This document shows positions 1 through 11,235 of a stretch of 64,000 nt of DNA, piece after piece (the first letter of the stretch is position 1; each line of letters starts with the position of its first letter). The stretch is taken from positions 512,001 to 576,000 of the forward strand of contig CAVSQW010000007.1 in NCBI GenBank assembly GCA_963730185.1, read 5' to 3'. The position numbers were made by a program, and so were the translations under genes. Below the pieces are notes generated by a model that made no database searches, was not told the origin of the DNA, and saw only the letters and a program-made list of their open reading frames with translations. Source of the DNA: an uncultured Gemmatimonadales bacterium. GTDB taxonomy: Bacteria; Gemmatimonadota; Gemmatimonadetes; Gemmatimonadales; GWC2-71-9.

Positions 1-2
1 AG

Positions 3-182
3 TACGGCGGCATCATGGGCTCCCCAGAGGCCCGGCGCCAACGCATTGGGTTTACGGCCCGCACCACGATCAATCGCCTCGACTTCGGCGTGAGCTGGAA
101 TCGCGCCGTCGAAGGCGGTGGCGTGCTCCTCGGCAACGAAGTCGAGATCACCATCAACATCGAAGCCATTCGAGCGAGTTGA
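3..182 (+). CDS. YceI-family protein, C-terminal fragment (5' truncated by window edge)
   Basis: Manual translation gives [46 protein letters not shown], a typical YceI C-terminus. Confidence 0.85.
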   Translation, partial: YGGIMGSPEARRQRIGFTARTTINRLDFGVSWNRAVEGGGVLLGNEVEITINIEAIRAS

Positions 183-183
183 C

Positions 184-1410
<1,227 letters not shown>

Positions 1411-1447
1411 GGGGCGCCGGTGGGCGGCGGCCGGACCGGCCGCCGCC

Positions 1448-2458
1448 TCACCGGATCCGTCGGGTCCACGCCGCGACCGAGTCCGGCGGCGTGCCCTCCG
1501 GTGCCACCACCCGAGTCCGCAGGGCCGTTCCCTCCCGCCACTGCTCCAGCACGAACGCCAGACCGCCGGTTCGGTAATGCACCCGGACCACCGAGTCGAC
1601 GATCTCCACCCGCGTGGGGGCAAGGCCGTCGATCGCCCGGAGGGTGTCGCCCAGGAAGGCCCGGGCTGCCTGGAGGGCGCTGTCGACCGCCGGTGCCGCG
1701 GGTGTCGGGGCCAGGGCTCCCCGGATCTGAATCCGGTTCGCCGCCAAAGGGCGCCGGGTCGAGTCGGAAGTGCGGGTCACGACCAGCTCGTCCAGACGAT
1801 ACTGGGCACTCTTCATCCGCTCGAGCGCCGCCTTGCGGAGGCTGTCGGCCGCGCGGTCGGCGGCCGGCTCGAGGTCCTTCTGAGGCGCTCGCTTCGTGGC
1901 GGCCGGCCCCGACGCCGACTCGGCCTTGGGTGCCGGCGCCGGGGGCGGCCGATCGGACGGACTGGCCGCTGCGGGAACCGGGGGCGGGGCCGTGGCCCGC
2001 ATGGACTCCAGGCTGGCGGAGTCGGTCAGGGCAAGGTCGCGGGCGGCCGCCGCCGGGCTGTTTCCTCGACCGGCCAGCAGATAGCCGGCCGAGACCGCCA
2101 GCACGACCGTGGCCGCCCAGGCAAGCCCGGCGATCCAGCGGGCCCGGGGCTGGCGGAGCCCGACCGGTGGTGTGGTCGAGGGGGTGGTCCGGGCGATGGA
2201 GACCGGTTCCGGGTCGGTCGCCCGGCCCGCCGCCGAAGTCGCCGGCGCGGCCGGACTCGCGAAGGCGAGCAGCCGATCGTCGGTCTCGTCCAGCGTCTCC
2301 ACCAGCGTCCTGGCCACATCCCGGAACTCCCGGGCCTCGCGGAGCGTGGTCCGGCAGTCGGCACAGTCCGAGAGGTGCGCCTCGACCCGAGCGACCTCGG
2401 TCGAGTCGAGCTCGCCGTCCAGCAGGGCGTGCAGGGTCCCTTCGTCAGGATGCCACAT
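1448..2458 (-). CDS. Zinc-binding (zf-HC2/ZAS) transmembrane anti-sigma factor
   Basis: N-terminal HLSDCADC (Hx3Cx2C), one TM helix, overlaps the ECF sigma gene. Confidence 0.85.
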   Translation of the reverse strand: MWHPDEGTLHALLDGELDSTEVARVEAHLSDCADCRTTLREAREFRDVARTLVETLDETDDRLLAFASPAAPATSAAGRATDPEPVSIARTTPSTTPPVGLRQPRARWIAGLAWAATVVLAVSAGYLLAGRGNSPAAAARDLALTDSASLESMRATAPPPVPAAASPSDRPPPAPAPKAESASGPAATKRAPQKDLEPAADRAADSLRKAALERMKSAQYRLDELVVTRTSDSTRRPLAANRIQIRGALAPTPAAPAVDSALQAARAFLGDTLRAIDGLAPTRVEIVDSVVRVHYRTGGLAFVLEQWREGTALRTRVVAPEGTPPDSVAAWTRRIR

Positions 2459-2945
2459 CACGTTTGTCCTCCGTCGCCCGGTAGGCCTCGACCAGCCGCC
2501 GTCGGGCCCGCGCGAGCGTCGTTCCAATCGAGCCTCGCGAGAGGCCGAGCGTCTCGGCGATCTCGTCGTAGCTCAAGCCTTCCGCGTTGAGTAACAGGGC
2601 CTCTCGGTCACGGTCGGTCAGCCGATCGAGCGCCCGCCGCACCCCGGCGATCCGCTCCTCGCGGAGCAGGCCGTCCTCCGGGCTCGGGGCCCAGGCGGGC
2701 TGTTCGGCCCGGTAGAGCTCCAGCCGGCGCCCCCGCCGCACGGTCCGGCGGCCTTCTTCACGAATCAGGTTCAGGGCCACGGCGAAGAGCCAGGGCCGGG
2801 GATTCCGGGGAGGTGCGGCGACGGCCCGGGCAAAGACTTCCTGCGCCAGCTCTTCCGCGTGCTCGCGATCGCCGGTCCGCCGGTGGAGCATGCGGACCAG
2901 TGACTCGTGATACTGGTGGAAGAGCTCGGCGACGAAGCCGTCCAT
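2445..2945 (-). CDS. ECF RNA polymerase sigma-70 factor
   Basis: AEELAQEVF...PWLFAVALNL (region 2) and GLSYDEIAETLGLSRGSIGTTLARARRRL (region 4). Confidence 0.93.
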   Translation of the reverse strand: MDGFVAELFHQYHESLVRMLHRRTGDREHAEELAQEVFARAVAAPPRNPRPWLFAVALNLIREEGRRTVRRGRRLELYRAEQPAWAPSPEDGLLREERIAGVRRALDRLTDRDREALLLNAEGLSYDEIAETLGLSRGSIGTTLARARRRLVEAYRATEDKRDVAS

Positions 2946-3000
2946 GGGCCGTCCGTTCTCAGGTGCAGGGGAGATGCGTCAGGGGGCCTGGGATGCACAA

Positions 3001-3118
3001 GGGGGGATGGAGGGGGGAGGGGAGATGGGGAGGGGGAGAGGGGGAGGGACGGGGCGAGATGGGCGGACAGCTCCCCCCATCCCCCCCCATCCCCCCCCAT
3101 CCCTCCCCCTCCCCCCTC
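3001..3118. repeat. G-rich tract followed by complementary C-rich tract (about 10-nt period)
   Basis: GGGGGGATGGAGGGGGGAGGGG... followed by (CCCCCCCCAT)-like x3 and CCCTCCCCCTCCCCCC. Confidence 0.8.
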
Positions 3119-5530
3119 TTACGCCCCCACCGCCGCCCGATCCAACACCGACCGGACCGCCGCCGACAGGTCCGCCACCGTGAAGGGCTTGTGGATGAAG
3201 GTGACGCCTGGCTCGGTCAGCCCCTTGCGGTCCACCTCGTCGCGGGCGTACCCGGACATGTAGATGACCTGGGTGGCGGGCCGTTCCTGGGTCAGCACGT
3301 GGGCCAGGCGGAGCCCGTTGAGCTCCGGCATGACCACGTCGGTGAGGAGCAGGTCGATCGGGTCGGGGTATTCGCGGCTCACCACCAGCGCGTCGGCGCC
3401 GTGCCGGGCCTCCAAGACGGTATACCCGGCGTTGGCGAGGATCTTCTGCACCATCCGCCGAACCGACTCCTCGTCCTCGACCAGCAGGATCGTCTCCGAG
3501 CCCCGGGCCACGGAACGGGAGGGCGGCGACCGGTCCTCGATCACCGCGCCGGCCGGTTGCTCCGGGAGGTAGATCACGAAGGTCGTGCCCCGGTCGACCG
3601 CGCTTCGGAAGCCGATCCGGCCGCCGCTCTGCTCCACGATCCCGTAGACCGTCGAGAGCCCGAGCCCGGTGCCCTGACCCGGGGGCTTGGTCGTGAAGAA
3701 GGGCTCGAACACGTGCGTCTGGGTTTCCGGATCCATACCCCGGCCGGTATCGCGCATCGTCAGGGTGACGTAGCGGCGGCGGTCGAGCGGGACCAGCGGT
3801 TCCGGCCCGCCGGGTTGGGGCGTGAACAGCCCGGTCTCGAGCGTCACCCGGCCGCCGCCCGGCATCGCGTCCTGAGCGTTGACGATCAGGTTGACGATCA
3901 CCTGATGGATCTGTCCGGGGTCGGCGTGGACCCAGACCGGGCTCGCGTGGGGCTGGAGGGCCAGCTCGGTATCGGCCCGGAGGAGCCGGGAGAGCATGTT
4001 CCGGCACTCCTCCACGACGCCGTTCAGATCCACCAGCTTGGGCTGGACGACCTGCTGGCGGCTGAAGGTGAGGAGCTGACGGGTCAACGACGTGGCCCGA
4101 TCGACCGCCCGGGCGATCTCGGCGAGGTCGTGCCGGGTCGAGGCCGGGACATGATCGTCTTCAAGCAGGAGGTCGGTGTAGCCCCGGATGGCGGTGAGGA
4201 GGTTGTTGAAGTCGTGGGCGATCCCGCCCGCCAGGCGGCCGACCGCCTCCATCTTGGCCGACTGGCGGAGCTGCTTGCCGCTCAGCTCCAGCCGCTCGGC
4301 CGCCGCCCGCTGCTCGGTGGCGTCCTTCGCGACCACGTAGACGCCCCCGACGCTCCCGCCGCTCATCAGGGGCACGAACGTGACGTCGAGGTCGATTCGG
4401 GAACGGCGGCGGGGGTGGATCGCGGTGGCGAACCGTTGCGGATACCCGGTCAGGGCCCGGCGGAGGTGCTCCTCGAACCGGGCGCCCAAGTTGGGGAGCA
4501 CGTGCCGGACGAACGGGTCACCGACCAGCGCCGAGGCCTCCTCGCCGAAGAGCTGCTCGGTCGCCGGGTTCACGGTGATGACCTCGCCGGTGGGGGCCAG
4601 GGTCAGGACCGCGTCGGGGTGCAGCGCGAAGACGCTCTGGAGCCGGGTCTCCCGCTCCCGGAGCGTCCGGGCGTTCCAGTGGCGCTCGATGGCGACCGCC
4701 GCCAGCGGGGCGGCCAGCTCGAGCAGAGTGCGGAGGCCGGTCTGGGCTCGATATCCGGCTCGGAACCAGACGGTGAGCATCCCGACCAGGGTTTCGTCGG
4801 GCGCGTAGATCGGGACGCCCGCGACCAGTCCAAACCCCAGCTCCGTGGCGACCTGCACCGCGGTGCCGGGCTCGAGTCGGGCCAGCGGAGCGGCGAAGTA
4901 GGGGCCGATCTCCTCGCCGAAGACCCCGAACGGCACGGTCGCGATGGCCTCGCCCATGGCGGACGGGAGGTCCACGGCCGCGTGCAGATTGAGGGCGTCG
5001 CCGTCGGGGTTCAGACCGAAGACGGCGCAGGCCGCGCCCCGGGTCTCGGCCACGACCGCCCCGGCCAGCCGCTCCAGGGTCGTTCCCAGCGGGGCGTCGC
5101 GGACCACCATGCCGAGGACGTCGTGCTGGAGCTCGGAGAGCCGCTCGGCGACCATTCGTTCGGAGATGTCGGCGTGGGCGACCAAGAGGAGGCGCTCGCC
5201 GGCCAGCTGGCAGGGAGCGGCCCGGAGGAGCATCCAGCGGGCGCGCTCGCCGCCGGGCATGGGGTACTCCACCACGTATTCGTTGAGGCGGCCGGCGAAG
5301 ACGTCCGAGAGCCCCCGTTCCACGGCGGCGACCAGGGTGGCCTCCGCGCCGGTATGAGCGGTCCAGGCGGCCAGGTAATCGTCGCTCTGGTGCCCCTGGG
5401 CCTGCCAGGCGCGGTTCCCGAAACGGACCCGGAGGGACCACCGGTCCACGACGGCGATGGCCGACGGCAGGGCGTCGAGGACGCTCGCGCTGGCCAGTCC
5501 TGGGACCCCCCCGGCCTCGGGGGTCGGCAT
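3119..5530 (-). CDS. Hybrid sensor histidine kinase (PAS/GAF/PAS-HisKA-HATPase-REC)
   Basis: [16 protein letters not shown]-box, [15 protein letters not shown]-terminal receiver ILLVEDE...LLLTDVVMP. Confidence 0.95.
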   Translation of the reverse strand: MPTPEAGGVPGLASASVLDALPSAIAVVDRWSLRVRFGNRAWQAQGHQSDDYLAAWTAHTGAEATLVAAVERGLSDVFAGRLNEYVVEYPMPGGERARWMLLRAAPCQLAGERLLLVAHADISERMVAERLSELQHDVLGMVVRDAPLGTTLERLAGAVVAETRGAACAVFGLNPDGDALNLHAAVDLPSAMGEAIATVPFGVFGEEIGPYFAAPLARLEPGTAVQVATELGFGLVAGVPIYAPDETLVGMLTVWFRAGYRAQTGLRTLLELAAPLAAVAIERHWNARTLRERETRLQSVFALHPDAVLTLAPTGEVITVNPATEQLFGEEASALVGDPFVRHVLPNLGARFEEHLRRALTGYPQRFATAIHPRRRSRIDLDVTFVPLMSGGSVGGVYVVAKDATEQRAAAERLELSGKQLRQSAKMEAVGRLAGGIAHDFNNLLTAIRGYTDLLLEDDHVPASTRHDLAEIARAVDRATSLTRQLLTFSRQQVVQPKLVDLNGVVEECRNMLSRLLRADTELALQPHASPVWVHADPGQIHQVIVNLIVNAQDAMPGGGRVTLETGLFTPQPGGPEPLVPLDRRRYVTLTMRDTGRGMDPETQTHVFEPFFTTKPPGQGTGLGLSTVYGIVEQSGGRIGFRSAVDRGTTFVIYLPEQPAGAVIEDRSPPSRSVARGSETILLVEDEESVRRMVQKILANAGYTVLEARHGADALVVSREYPDPIDLLLTDVVMPELNGLRLAHVLTQERPATQVIYMSGYARDEVDRKGLTEPGVTFIHKPFTVADLSAAVRSVLDRAAVGA

Positions 5531-6309
5531 CAGCGCCTAGGTACCACCGACTGTGGTCCGGGTTGCGACAGCGCGGTGGCGGAGAAGGTTACGGGCGGCA
5601 GATTCCCGAACCCAGCGAGGACCGTCTGGGTGCCCGCCGTCGGCCCGAGCGTCCAGTCCGTTCTGGCGATGCCCTCTTCGTCGGAGATCCTCGGCGCGGC
5701 ACTCAGGGTTCCACCGCCGGTCAGGACGGTGAACGCCACGGTGACGTCGGGGACGGGGTTGTTGAAGCCGTCGGTCACCAAGACCTGGAGGGGGACCGGG
5801 AGCGGGGCTCCACCAGCGGCGGACTGCCCTTCGCCGCCCGCGATCGTGAGCGTGGCCGGAGGACCCGGCGTAGCGGTCGCGACGAACGACACCGGCGGCA
5901 AGCCGGGGAGCGACGCGGACGCCGTCTGGACGCCGAGCTGACCACCGAGCCGGAAGGAGGTCGAGACGGTGCCGCTGGCGTCTGTGGTATCGGTCACCGG
6001 ATCGACCACCCCATTGCCGGTGGTGACCGCCCACACGACGACCGCGCCGTCGATCGGATCGCCAAATTGATCCTCGACCTTGACCGTCAGCGGCGCGGCC
6101 AGCACGGTCCCCACGACACCAGTCTGCCCGTCACCGCTCGAGAGGGCGATCGCGGCCAGACGGGGGCCAGCCGGCAACTCGCTGCTGCACCCAACGGTCA
6201 GTGCGGCAGCTCCAGCCGCAATAATACGCCCAAGAACGCGGGCGGAACGCCGTCCGAGTAGCATTTTACCACCCCTCAGTCCAAGCTTCGACAGCCAATG
6301 GTCGCTCAC
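5530..6309 (-). CDS. Ig-like (Big_1-type) repeat lipoprotein
   Basis: Lipobox-like LTVGC; two repeats of GDGQ.G..G..L..PL.V.V.D.F.NP; start uncertain. Confidence 0.75.
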   Translation of the reverse strand: MSDHWLSKLGLRGGKMLLGRRSARVLGRIIAAGAAALTVGCSSELPAGPRLAAIALSSGDGQTGVVGTVLAAPLTVKVEDQFGDPIDGAVVVWAVTTGNGVVDPVTDTTDASGTVSTSFRLGGQLGVQTASASLPGLPPVSFVATATPGPPATLTIAGGEGQSAAGGAPLPVPLQVLVTDGFNNPVPDVTVAFTVLTGGGTLSAAPRISDEEGIARTDWTLGPTAGTQTVLAGFGNLPPVTFSATALSQPGPQSVVPRR

Positions 6310-6545
6310 GGGATCGCCAGCCGAATCGAAGTGTAAGATCTAGGCTCACCTTTCGGGAGGCGGGGTCGTGCCTGGCAGCCCCCATGGGGCGAACCCAGGG
6401 CAAGACTTAGGCCGACCGCGGGCCTGTTGCCGACTGTTCCGGGCGCCGATGCCGACTCAAATTCAGACAGTCGGCGTCCCCCGAGGTCAGGGCGGTGGTG
6501 ACGCCGGAGGCGGTTCGAGAGCAGCGGCCGTCCTGCCAGCGGGTC

Positions 6546-6575
6546 TTGACCAACCCGGCCGCAAATTGATATTCT
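6546..6575 (+). promoter_or_regulatory. Sigma70-type promoter of the tRNA cluster
   Basis: TTGACC-N18-TATTCT with extended -10 TG, just upstream of tRNA-His. Confidence 0.65.
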
Positions 6576-6592
6576 TGCGTGCTTGGCCGCCT

Positions 6593-6667
6593 GGTGGTTG
6601 TAGCTCAATCGGTTAGAGCGCCGGACTGTGGCTCCGGAGGTTGCGGGTTCGATCCCCGTCAGCCACC
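6593..6667 (+). tRNA. tRNA-His(GTG)
   Basis: Cloverleaf, G-1, anticodon arm CCGGA-CT GTG GC-TCCGG, GTTCGA T-loop. Confidence 0.95.
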
Positions 6668-6733
6668 CTGGACGGAGTCGGATGGGGACGCGGGCGACCG
6701 GCCGAAGAAGCCAGGACGCCGGAAGGCAGACAG

Positions 6734-6806
6734 AGGTCCGTAGCTCAATTGGTAGAGCACCGGTCTCCAAAACCGGGGGTTGGGGGTTCGATTCCCTCCG
6801 GGCCTG
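6734..6806 (+). tRNA. tRNA-Trp(CCA)
   Basis: Acceptor AGGTCCG/CGGGCCT, anticodon loop CT CCA AA. Confidence 0.95.
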
Positions 6807-6821
6807 TTGGAGGACCAACAC

Positions 6822-6894
<73 letters not shown>

Positions 6895-6954
6895 TGTGAC
6901 GTTGTCGGGTTGAGAGTCGAGAGTCGACGATCTTTCGGCTCTCGAGTCGTTAGC

Positions 6955-7026
6955 GGCCCCATCGTCCAACGGTTAGGACACCACTCTTTCAAGGTGGTAA
7001 TACGGGTTCGATTCCCGTTGGGGTCA
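6955..7026 (+). tRNA. tRNA-Glu(TTC)
   Basis: Anticodon arm CCACT-CT TTC AA-GGTGG; acceptor GGCCCCA/TGGGGTC. Confidence 0.93.
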
Positions 7027-7028
7027 TG

Positions 7029-7090
7029 GTAGGGAGTTGGGAGTAGTGAGTGGGGAATAGGGAGGCAGTGGGGAGTAGGGAATCGTGGGA
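7029..7090. repeat. Degenerate heptamer tandem repeat (GGGAGTA-like)
   Basis: GGGAGTT GGGAGTA GTGAGTG GGGAATA GGGAG... GGGAGTA GGGAATC between two tRNAs. Confidence 0.7.
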
Positions 7091-7098
7091 CAACAAAC

Positions 7099-7171
<73 letters not shown>

Positions 7172-7413
7172 CTGACGGGAACACAGTTCTGCAAGACCTC
7201 GATACCGCCTCGGTCGGATTGTCCGGCCGGGGCGCTCGCCGTTTGTTCCCCCTCCACCACCCTCTGACGGCCGCCATCCGGGAAACAGGGGTTGCGCCCT
7301 GGCCAAGGCATGGCATGATTCATGAATAGTTCATGAACTGCGATTCACCTGGTCTGCTTCGGCGCTTCCCGATCCTGACCAGCGCAATGACCCTGCGCCA
7401 AGGTCAGGAACGA

Positions 7414-8865
7414 ATGGTCCACGAGCTTGGAAGGACGAGTGCCCTGGGGCTGGGGCTCGCCGTCGCGGTGGGTTTGCTCCCCCCGGCGGTGGCGCGCGGG
7501 GACGGTGGTCGGGGAAAGCCCGCAGTGGCGATCGTCGGGGTGGTGGTGATCGATGGGACGGGTCAGCCGCCCCTCCCGGACATGACCGTGGTGGTGCGCG
7601 ATGGCCGGGTGGTGTCGGTGGGACAGTTGGCCGCGACCCGCATTCCGCGCGGGGCCACGGTGATCCGCGCGACCGGGCTCTACCTAATCCCGGGCCTGTG
7701 GGACATGCACACGCACCTGGCCGGCGGGCCGGTCGTCCGTGATTCCACCATAGCGGCGAACGCGGACTACTTCTTTCCCCGACTGCTTGCGCACGGCGTC
7801 ACGGGCGTCCGCGACATGGGAGGCGACTTCGCCACGCTCGCGGCGTGGCGGACCCGGATCCGGGCGGGCGACCTGCTCGGCCCAGAGATCGTCGGTACCG
7901 GGGCGCGAATCACGGATCTCCAGCCGATGCCCGATGGGCGCTCGATCGGGACGGCTGCCGACCTCGAGGCCGAGGTCAGCCTGCTGGCGGCCCAGGGCGT
8001 GGACTTCATCAAGGTCGTCTGGCTCGACTATCCGCTCTATCTCGCGCTGCCTCGGATCGCGGCGGCGCACGGCCTCAAGGTGGTTGGGCACGTTCCCGCC
8101 ACGGTGGCTCTGGGGGAGGCGGTGGACTCGGGCCTCGCTGGAGTCGAGCACCTGGCGCCCGTCCTGGCCGCGTGCTCTCGCGTGTCGGATCGGATCCTGA
8201 CGATGGCCCGGGAGAGTGGGTCGTGGTGGGACCGGTTGCTGGTCCGTCTCCGGCTTCGAGATCCTGAACGGAGCGGTCTCGAGCGTCTCCGGCTCGCGAC
8301 CGAGACCCAGGACGAGCGTCGCTGCGAGCCGGTGCTCCGCGAGCTGCGGCGCCACGGCGTGCCGGTGACGCCGACGCTGAGCATGTCCGAGCTGACCGCG
8401 CCGCGTGGCACGAGCCTCGGGAAGGCGCGGTTGGCGGCCGAGCGCCGGGTGGTCGGGTGGATGTGGGAGGCGGGGGTGCCGCTGCTGGCCGGCAGCGACA
8501 TCGGCGGGCCGGTGCGGGAGGCCGGTGAGTCGCTGATTCGCGAGCTCTGCCTGCTGGTCCGCGCCGGTCTGACGCCAATGGACGCGATCGTGACCGCCAC
8601 CTCGCGGGCGACGGCATTCCTCGGCCTGGCGGACTCGGTCGGTACCATCCGTCCGGGCCAGCGGGCCGATCTCGTGCTCCTGTCGCGCGATCCCTTGAAG
8701 GATCCCGTGAATCTGCTGAGCGTGCAGGCCGTCATGGTGCGCGGGCGCTTGGTCGCGGGCGAGGACTTCGAGGCGCTTCGGCAGCGGGCGGGGCTCCTGT
8801 CGCGCGAGCACGAGGCGACCGAGCGGATCAACGCCCCGATCGGTGCCCGGGCGCCGGGGGACTGA
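7414..8865 (+). CDS. Secreted metal-dependent amidohydrolase
   Basis: PGLWDMHTH, GVTGVRDMGG, LLAGSD, GTIRPGQRADLVLL; signal-like N-terminus; start uncertain. Confidence 0.88.
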   Translation: MVHELGRTSALGLGLAVAVGLLPPAVARGDGGRGKPAVAIVGVVVIDGTGQPPLPDMTVVVRDGRVVSVGQLAATRIPRGATVIRATGLYLIPGLWDMHTHLAGGPVVRDSTIAANADYFFPRLLAHGVTGVRDMGGDFATLAAWRTRIRAGDLLGPEIVGTGARITDLQPMPDGRSIGTAADLEAEVSLLAAQGVDFIKVVWLDYPLYLALPRIAAAHGLKVVGHVPATVALGEAVDSGLAGVEHLAPVLAACSRVSDRILTMARESGSWWDRLLVRLRLRDPERSGLERLRLATETQDERRCEPVLRELRRHGVPVTPTLSMSELTAPRGTSLGKARLAAERRVVGWMWEAGVPLLAGSDIGGPVREAGESLIRELCLLVRAGLTPMDAIVTATSRATAFLGLADSVGTIRPGQRADLVLLSRDPLKDPVNLLSVQAVMVRGRLVAGEDFEALRQRAGLLSREHEATERINAPIGARAPGD

Positions 8866-8969
8866 GCCCTTACGGCACCGGCCGGGCCCCGATAGACTGG
8901 AGGGTCGTTTCCCGGCCGATCGCCGTTACCCTCGCGCGCTCCCGCCCTCAGCGGGAGGATGGAGTTCGC

Positions 8970-9854
8970 ATGCACCGCTCTCCCTGGCTTCCGGTCCTGG
9001 TCCTGATGGCCGGGCTGGTGCCCTCCGTCGCCCACGCCCAGCAGAAGCTCAAGGTCTACGTCTCCGTCGACATGGAAGGGATCTCGGGCGTCGTCTCGAT
9101 GGCGCAGGTAGCCGGCAAAGACTACGAGTGGGGTCGGGAGCAGATGCTGGCCGAGACCAACGCCGCGATCGCGGCGGCGTTCGACGCTGGTGCCACCGAG
9201 GTCCTGGTCAACGACTCGCACGGCTCCCACACCAACCTCCGCGCCGACCTGCTCGACCGCCGGGCCACGCTGATCAGCGGAACTCCCACCCCGATGGGGA
9301 TGGTCGAAGGGTTGGACTCGACCTTCGACGCGGCCATGTTCATCGGCTTCCACGGCCACGCCAACCAGACCGACGCGGTGCTCGGCCACACCTACAGCCT
9401 GGCGCTTCGCCACGTGCGCCTCAACGGCCGGGAGGTGGGTGAGTACGGGACGGCCGGCATGGTGGCGGGGCATTTCGGGGTGCCGGTGGTGTTCGTCTCC
9501 GGCGACGAGTCGTTCGCCGCAGCGGCCCGGGCCTTCATGCCGGGAGTCGAGGCGCTGGCCGTGAAGCAGGCGATCGGGTTCACCGCCGCCAGGCTGATGA
9601 ACCCGGCGGTGGCGCGCGAGAAAATGGCGGCGGGCATCCGGGCCGGCCTGGGCCGGCGGTCGTCGATCGCGCCGGTCCGGCTCCAGCGGCCCATCAATCT
9701 CGAGATCGAGCTCGCCAGCGCGGCCTTCGCCGACAAGGCGATGTTCATACCCGGAATGGAGCGCCTCGACGGGACCACGGTGCGCTACGTCGCCTCGGAC
9801 GGCGCGGCGGCCTATCGGATGTCCCGGCTGATCATGATGCTGGCTCGGGACTGA
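8970..9854 (+). CDS. M55-family D-aminopeptidase (DppA-like), secreted
   Basis: VYVSVDMEG, VNDSHG, FIGFHG, LGHTYS, VFVSGD motifs. Confidence 0.92.
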   Translation: MHRSPWLPVLVLMAGLVPSVAHAQQKLKVYVSVDMEGISGVVSMAQVAGKDYEWGREQMLAETNAAIAAAFDAGATEVLVNDSHGSHTNLRADLLDRRATLISGTPTPMGMVEGLDSTFDAAMFIGFHGHANQTDAVLGHTYSLALRHVRLNGREVGEYGTAGMVAGHFGVPVVFVSGDESFAAAARAFMPGVEALAVKQAIGFTAARLMNPAVAREKMAAGIRAGLGRRSSIAPVRLQRPINLEIELASAAFADKAMFIPGMERLDGTTVRYVASDGAAAYRMSRLIMMLARD

Positions 9855-9976
9855 GCCTCTCGGGACGGATTTCGGGCAGGTCGAGGCCGGCACGAACCGG
9901 AGAGCTTGTTTCTCGGCCAACCTCGTGGAATTATCTCGGGGAGTGGTCCGACCGGTACTTCCTCGACAGGAGACGG

Positions 9977-10426
9977 ATGATGCGCGGTAAGCCGAAGCGG
10001 CGAAGCGGGAGCTCCAGGAAGGTGACCAAGGCGCGGCCGGCGGCCCGGAAGGCTGCGCCGAAAAAAGTCGCTGCGAAGGCGGCGGGTGAGAGCAAGCGGA
10101 AGGTCCCGCCGTTCGGTCGCCGGAGCCACCGGGTTACCCACGCCCAGGCTCGCCGGATGCGCCAGAGGTTCCTGCGCCGATACCAGGGGGCCCGGCACCC
10201 GCTCCGGGCCGGCGTATACGACCGGGGCATCTTCGACAAGATCCTGAAGCAAAGGGGATGCAAGGGGGTCCGGTTCTACCCCGCTCTGGATGATGCCGGC
10301 GAGCTGACCTTGCTGTTCGCCGGTGTCGACGGCGAGGGTCACGACATGCTCGCCGGGATCATCGGGGACATGCCCTGGCGCTGCCCGCCTTATTGCAGCG
10401 CAACGAACGGCATTCTGGCTCACTGA
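9977..10426 (+). CDS. Hypothetical soluble protein with basic N-terminal tail and C-terminal CPPYC motif
   Basis: RBS AGGAG; GCKGVRFYPA..LTLLFAGVD..GHDML..DMPWRCPPYC. Confidence 0.85.
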   Translation: MMRGKPKRRSGSSRKVTKARPAARKAAPKKVAAKAAGESKRKVPPFGRRSHRVTHAQARRMRQRFLRRYQGARHPLRAGVYDRGIFDKILKQRGCKGVRFYPALDDAGELTLLFAGVDGEGHDMLAGIIGDMPWRCPPYCSATNGILAH

Positions 10427-10450
10427 TCAGTCGCTCGCCGAGCCCGACGG

Positions 10451-11131
10451 GTGACCGCGTCGATCGTCGCGTCCGCCATGGTGACGTTGGCCATGGCGCT
10501 CGTCGTGGCCTTGAGTTGGCGCACCCGGGCTTCGCTCGATCGCGGAGCTCGGCCCATCGCCGTCGGCGTTGGCCTGTCGTTGGTGGGCGCGCTGATTTCC
10601 CTCGGGTTCGTGCTTCGAGGCCGGGAAACACGGCCGATCGCGGAAGGTCTGCTCCTGATCGAGACGTCGCTCGTCCTCTGGGGCATGGCGGCCTGGCAGA
10701 CCAATCGGAGGTCGGCGCGAGTCCTCCGCCTGATGATCCCGGGATGGGGAGTCGTGTGGCTGGCGGCGCAGTTCCTTCAAGGTTCCGCCGAGCCGTTCAG
10801 TCCCATCACCGCGCCGATCGGCCACACCCTCAAGGTCGGTGCGGCGGCCTACACCCTCATCATCCGGTTCCGGGCCACGGAAGGCGACTGGACCCGACAC
10901 CTCTGGTTCTGGTTCTGTACCGGCATCATGCTGATGTACGGGACGGAGATCTTCCTCGACCCTCTCTGGCAGCGGGTCTTTCCGGTCCGGGACGATCTGG
11001 TCTTCGCGGCGTTCTTCTTCAACCTGGTCATGAACGCGATCGGGTATGCCCTCATGGCCTACGGGCTGATCCGGGTCGTGCGGCCGGGTCCGACCAGCAA
11101 CCCTAGGGATTTCCCTAGGGTGAAGGCCTAG
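10451..11131 (+). CDS. Hypothetical 7-TM membrane protein (putative receptor)
   Basis: About seven hydrophobic segments, FWFCTGIMLMYG in TM6, no soluble output domain. Confidence 0.8.
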   Translation: MTASIVASAMVTLAMALVVALSWRTRASLDRGARPIAVGVGLSLVGALISLGFVLRGRETRPIAEGLLLIETSLVLWGMAAWQTNRRSARVLRLMIPGWGVVWLAAQFLQGSAEPFSPITAPIGHTLKVGAAAYTLIIRFRATEGDWTRHLWFWFCTGIMLMYGTEIFLDPLWQRVFPVRDDLVFAAFFFNLVMNAIGYALMAYGLIRVVRPGPTSNPRDFPRVKA

Positions 11132-11173
11132 GGGTTTTCCCAGATTGCTCTCGCGGCCTGAGGGCGATAAGCT
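11103..11173 (+). promoter_or_regulatory. Paired 16-bp boxes plus promoter upstream of the histidine kinase
   Basis: CTAGGGATTTCCCTAG (11103-11118) and CTAGGGGTTTTCCCAG (11128-11143), then TTGCTC-N17-TAAGCT. Confidence 0.7.
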
Positions 11174-11235
11174 GCCGACTCGGAGTCACCCGTCAATCGG
11201 GGGACCAACCGGCCGAGGTCGCGACGGAAGGCACG

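Noticed and set aside
2813..5941. 1042-aa plus-strand ORF, and other long antisense ORFs (e.g. 45762-47891, 51276-53618, 61833-63515)
   Set aside because: Shadow ORFs opposite well-supported genes; expected at this GC content, with no recognisable motifs
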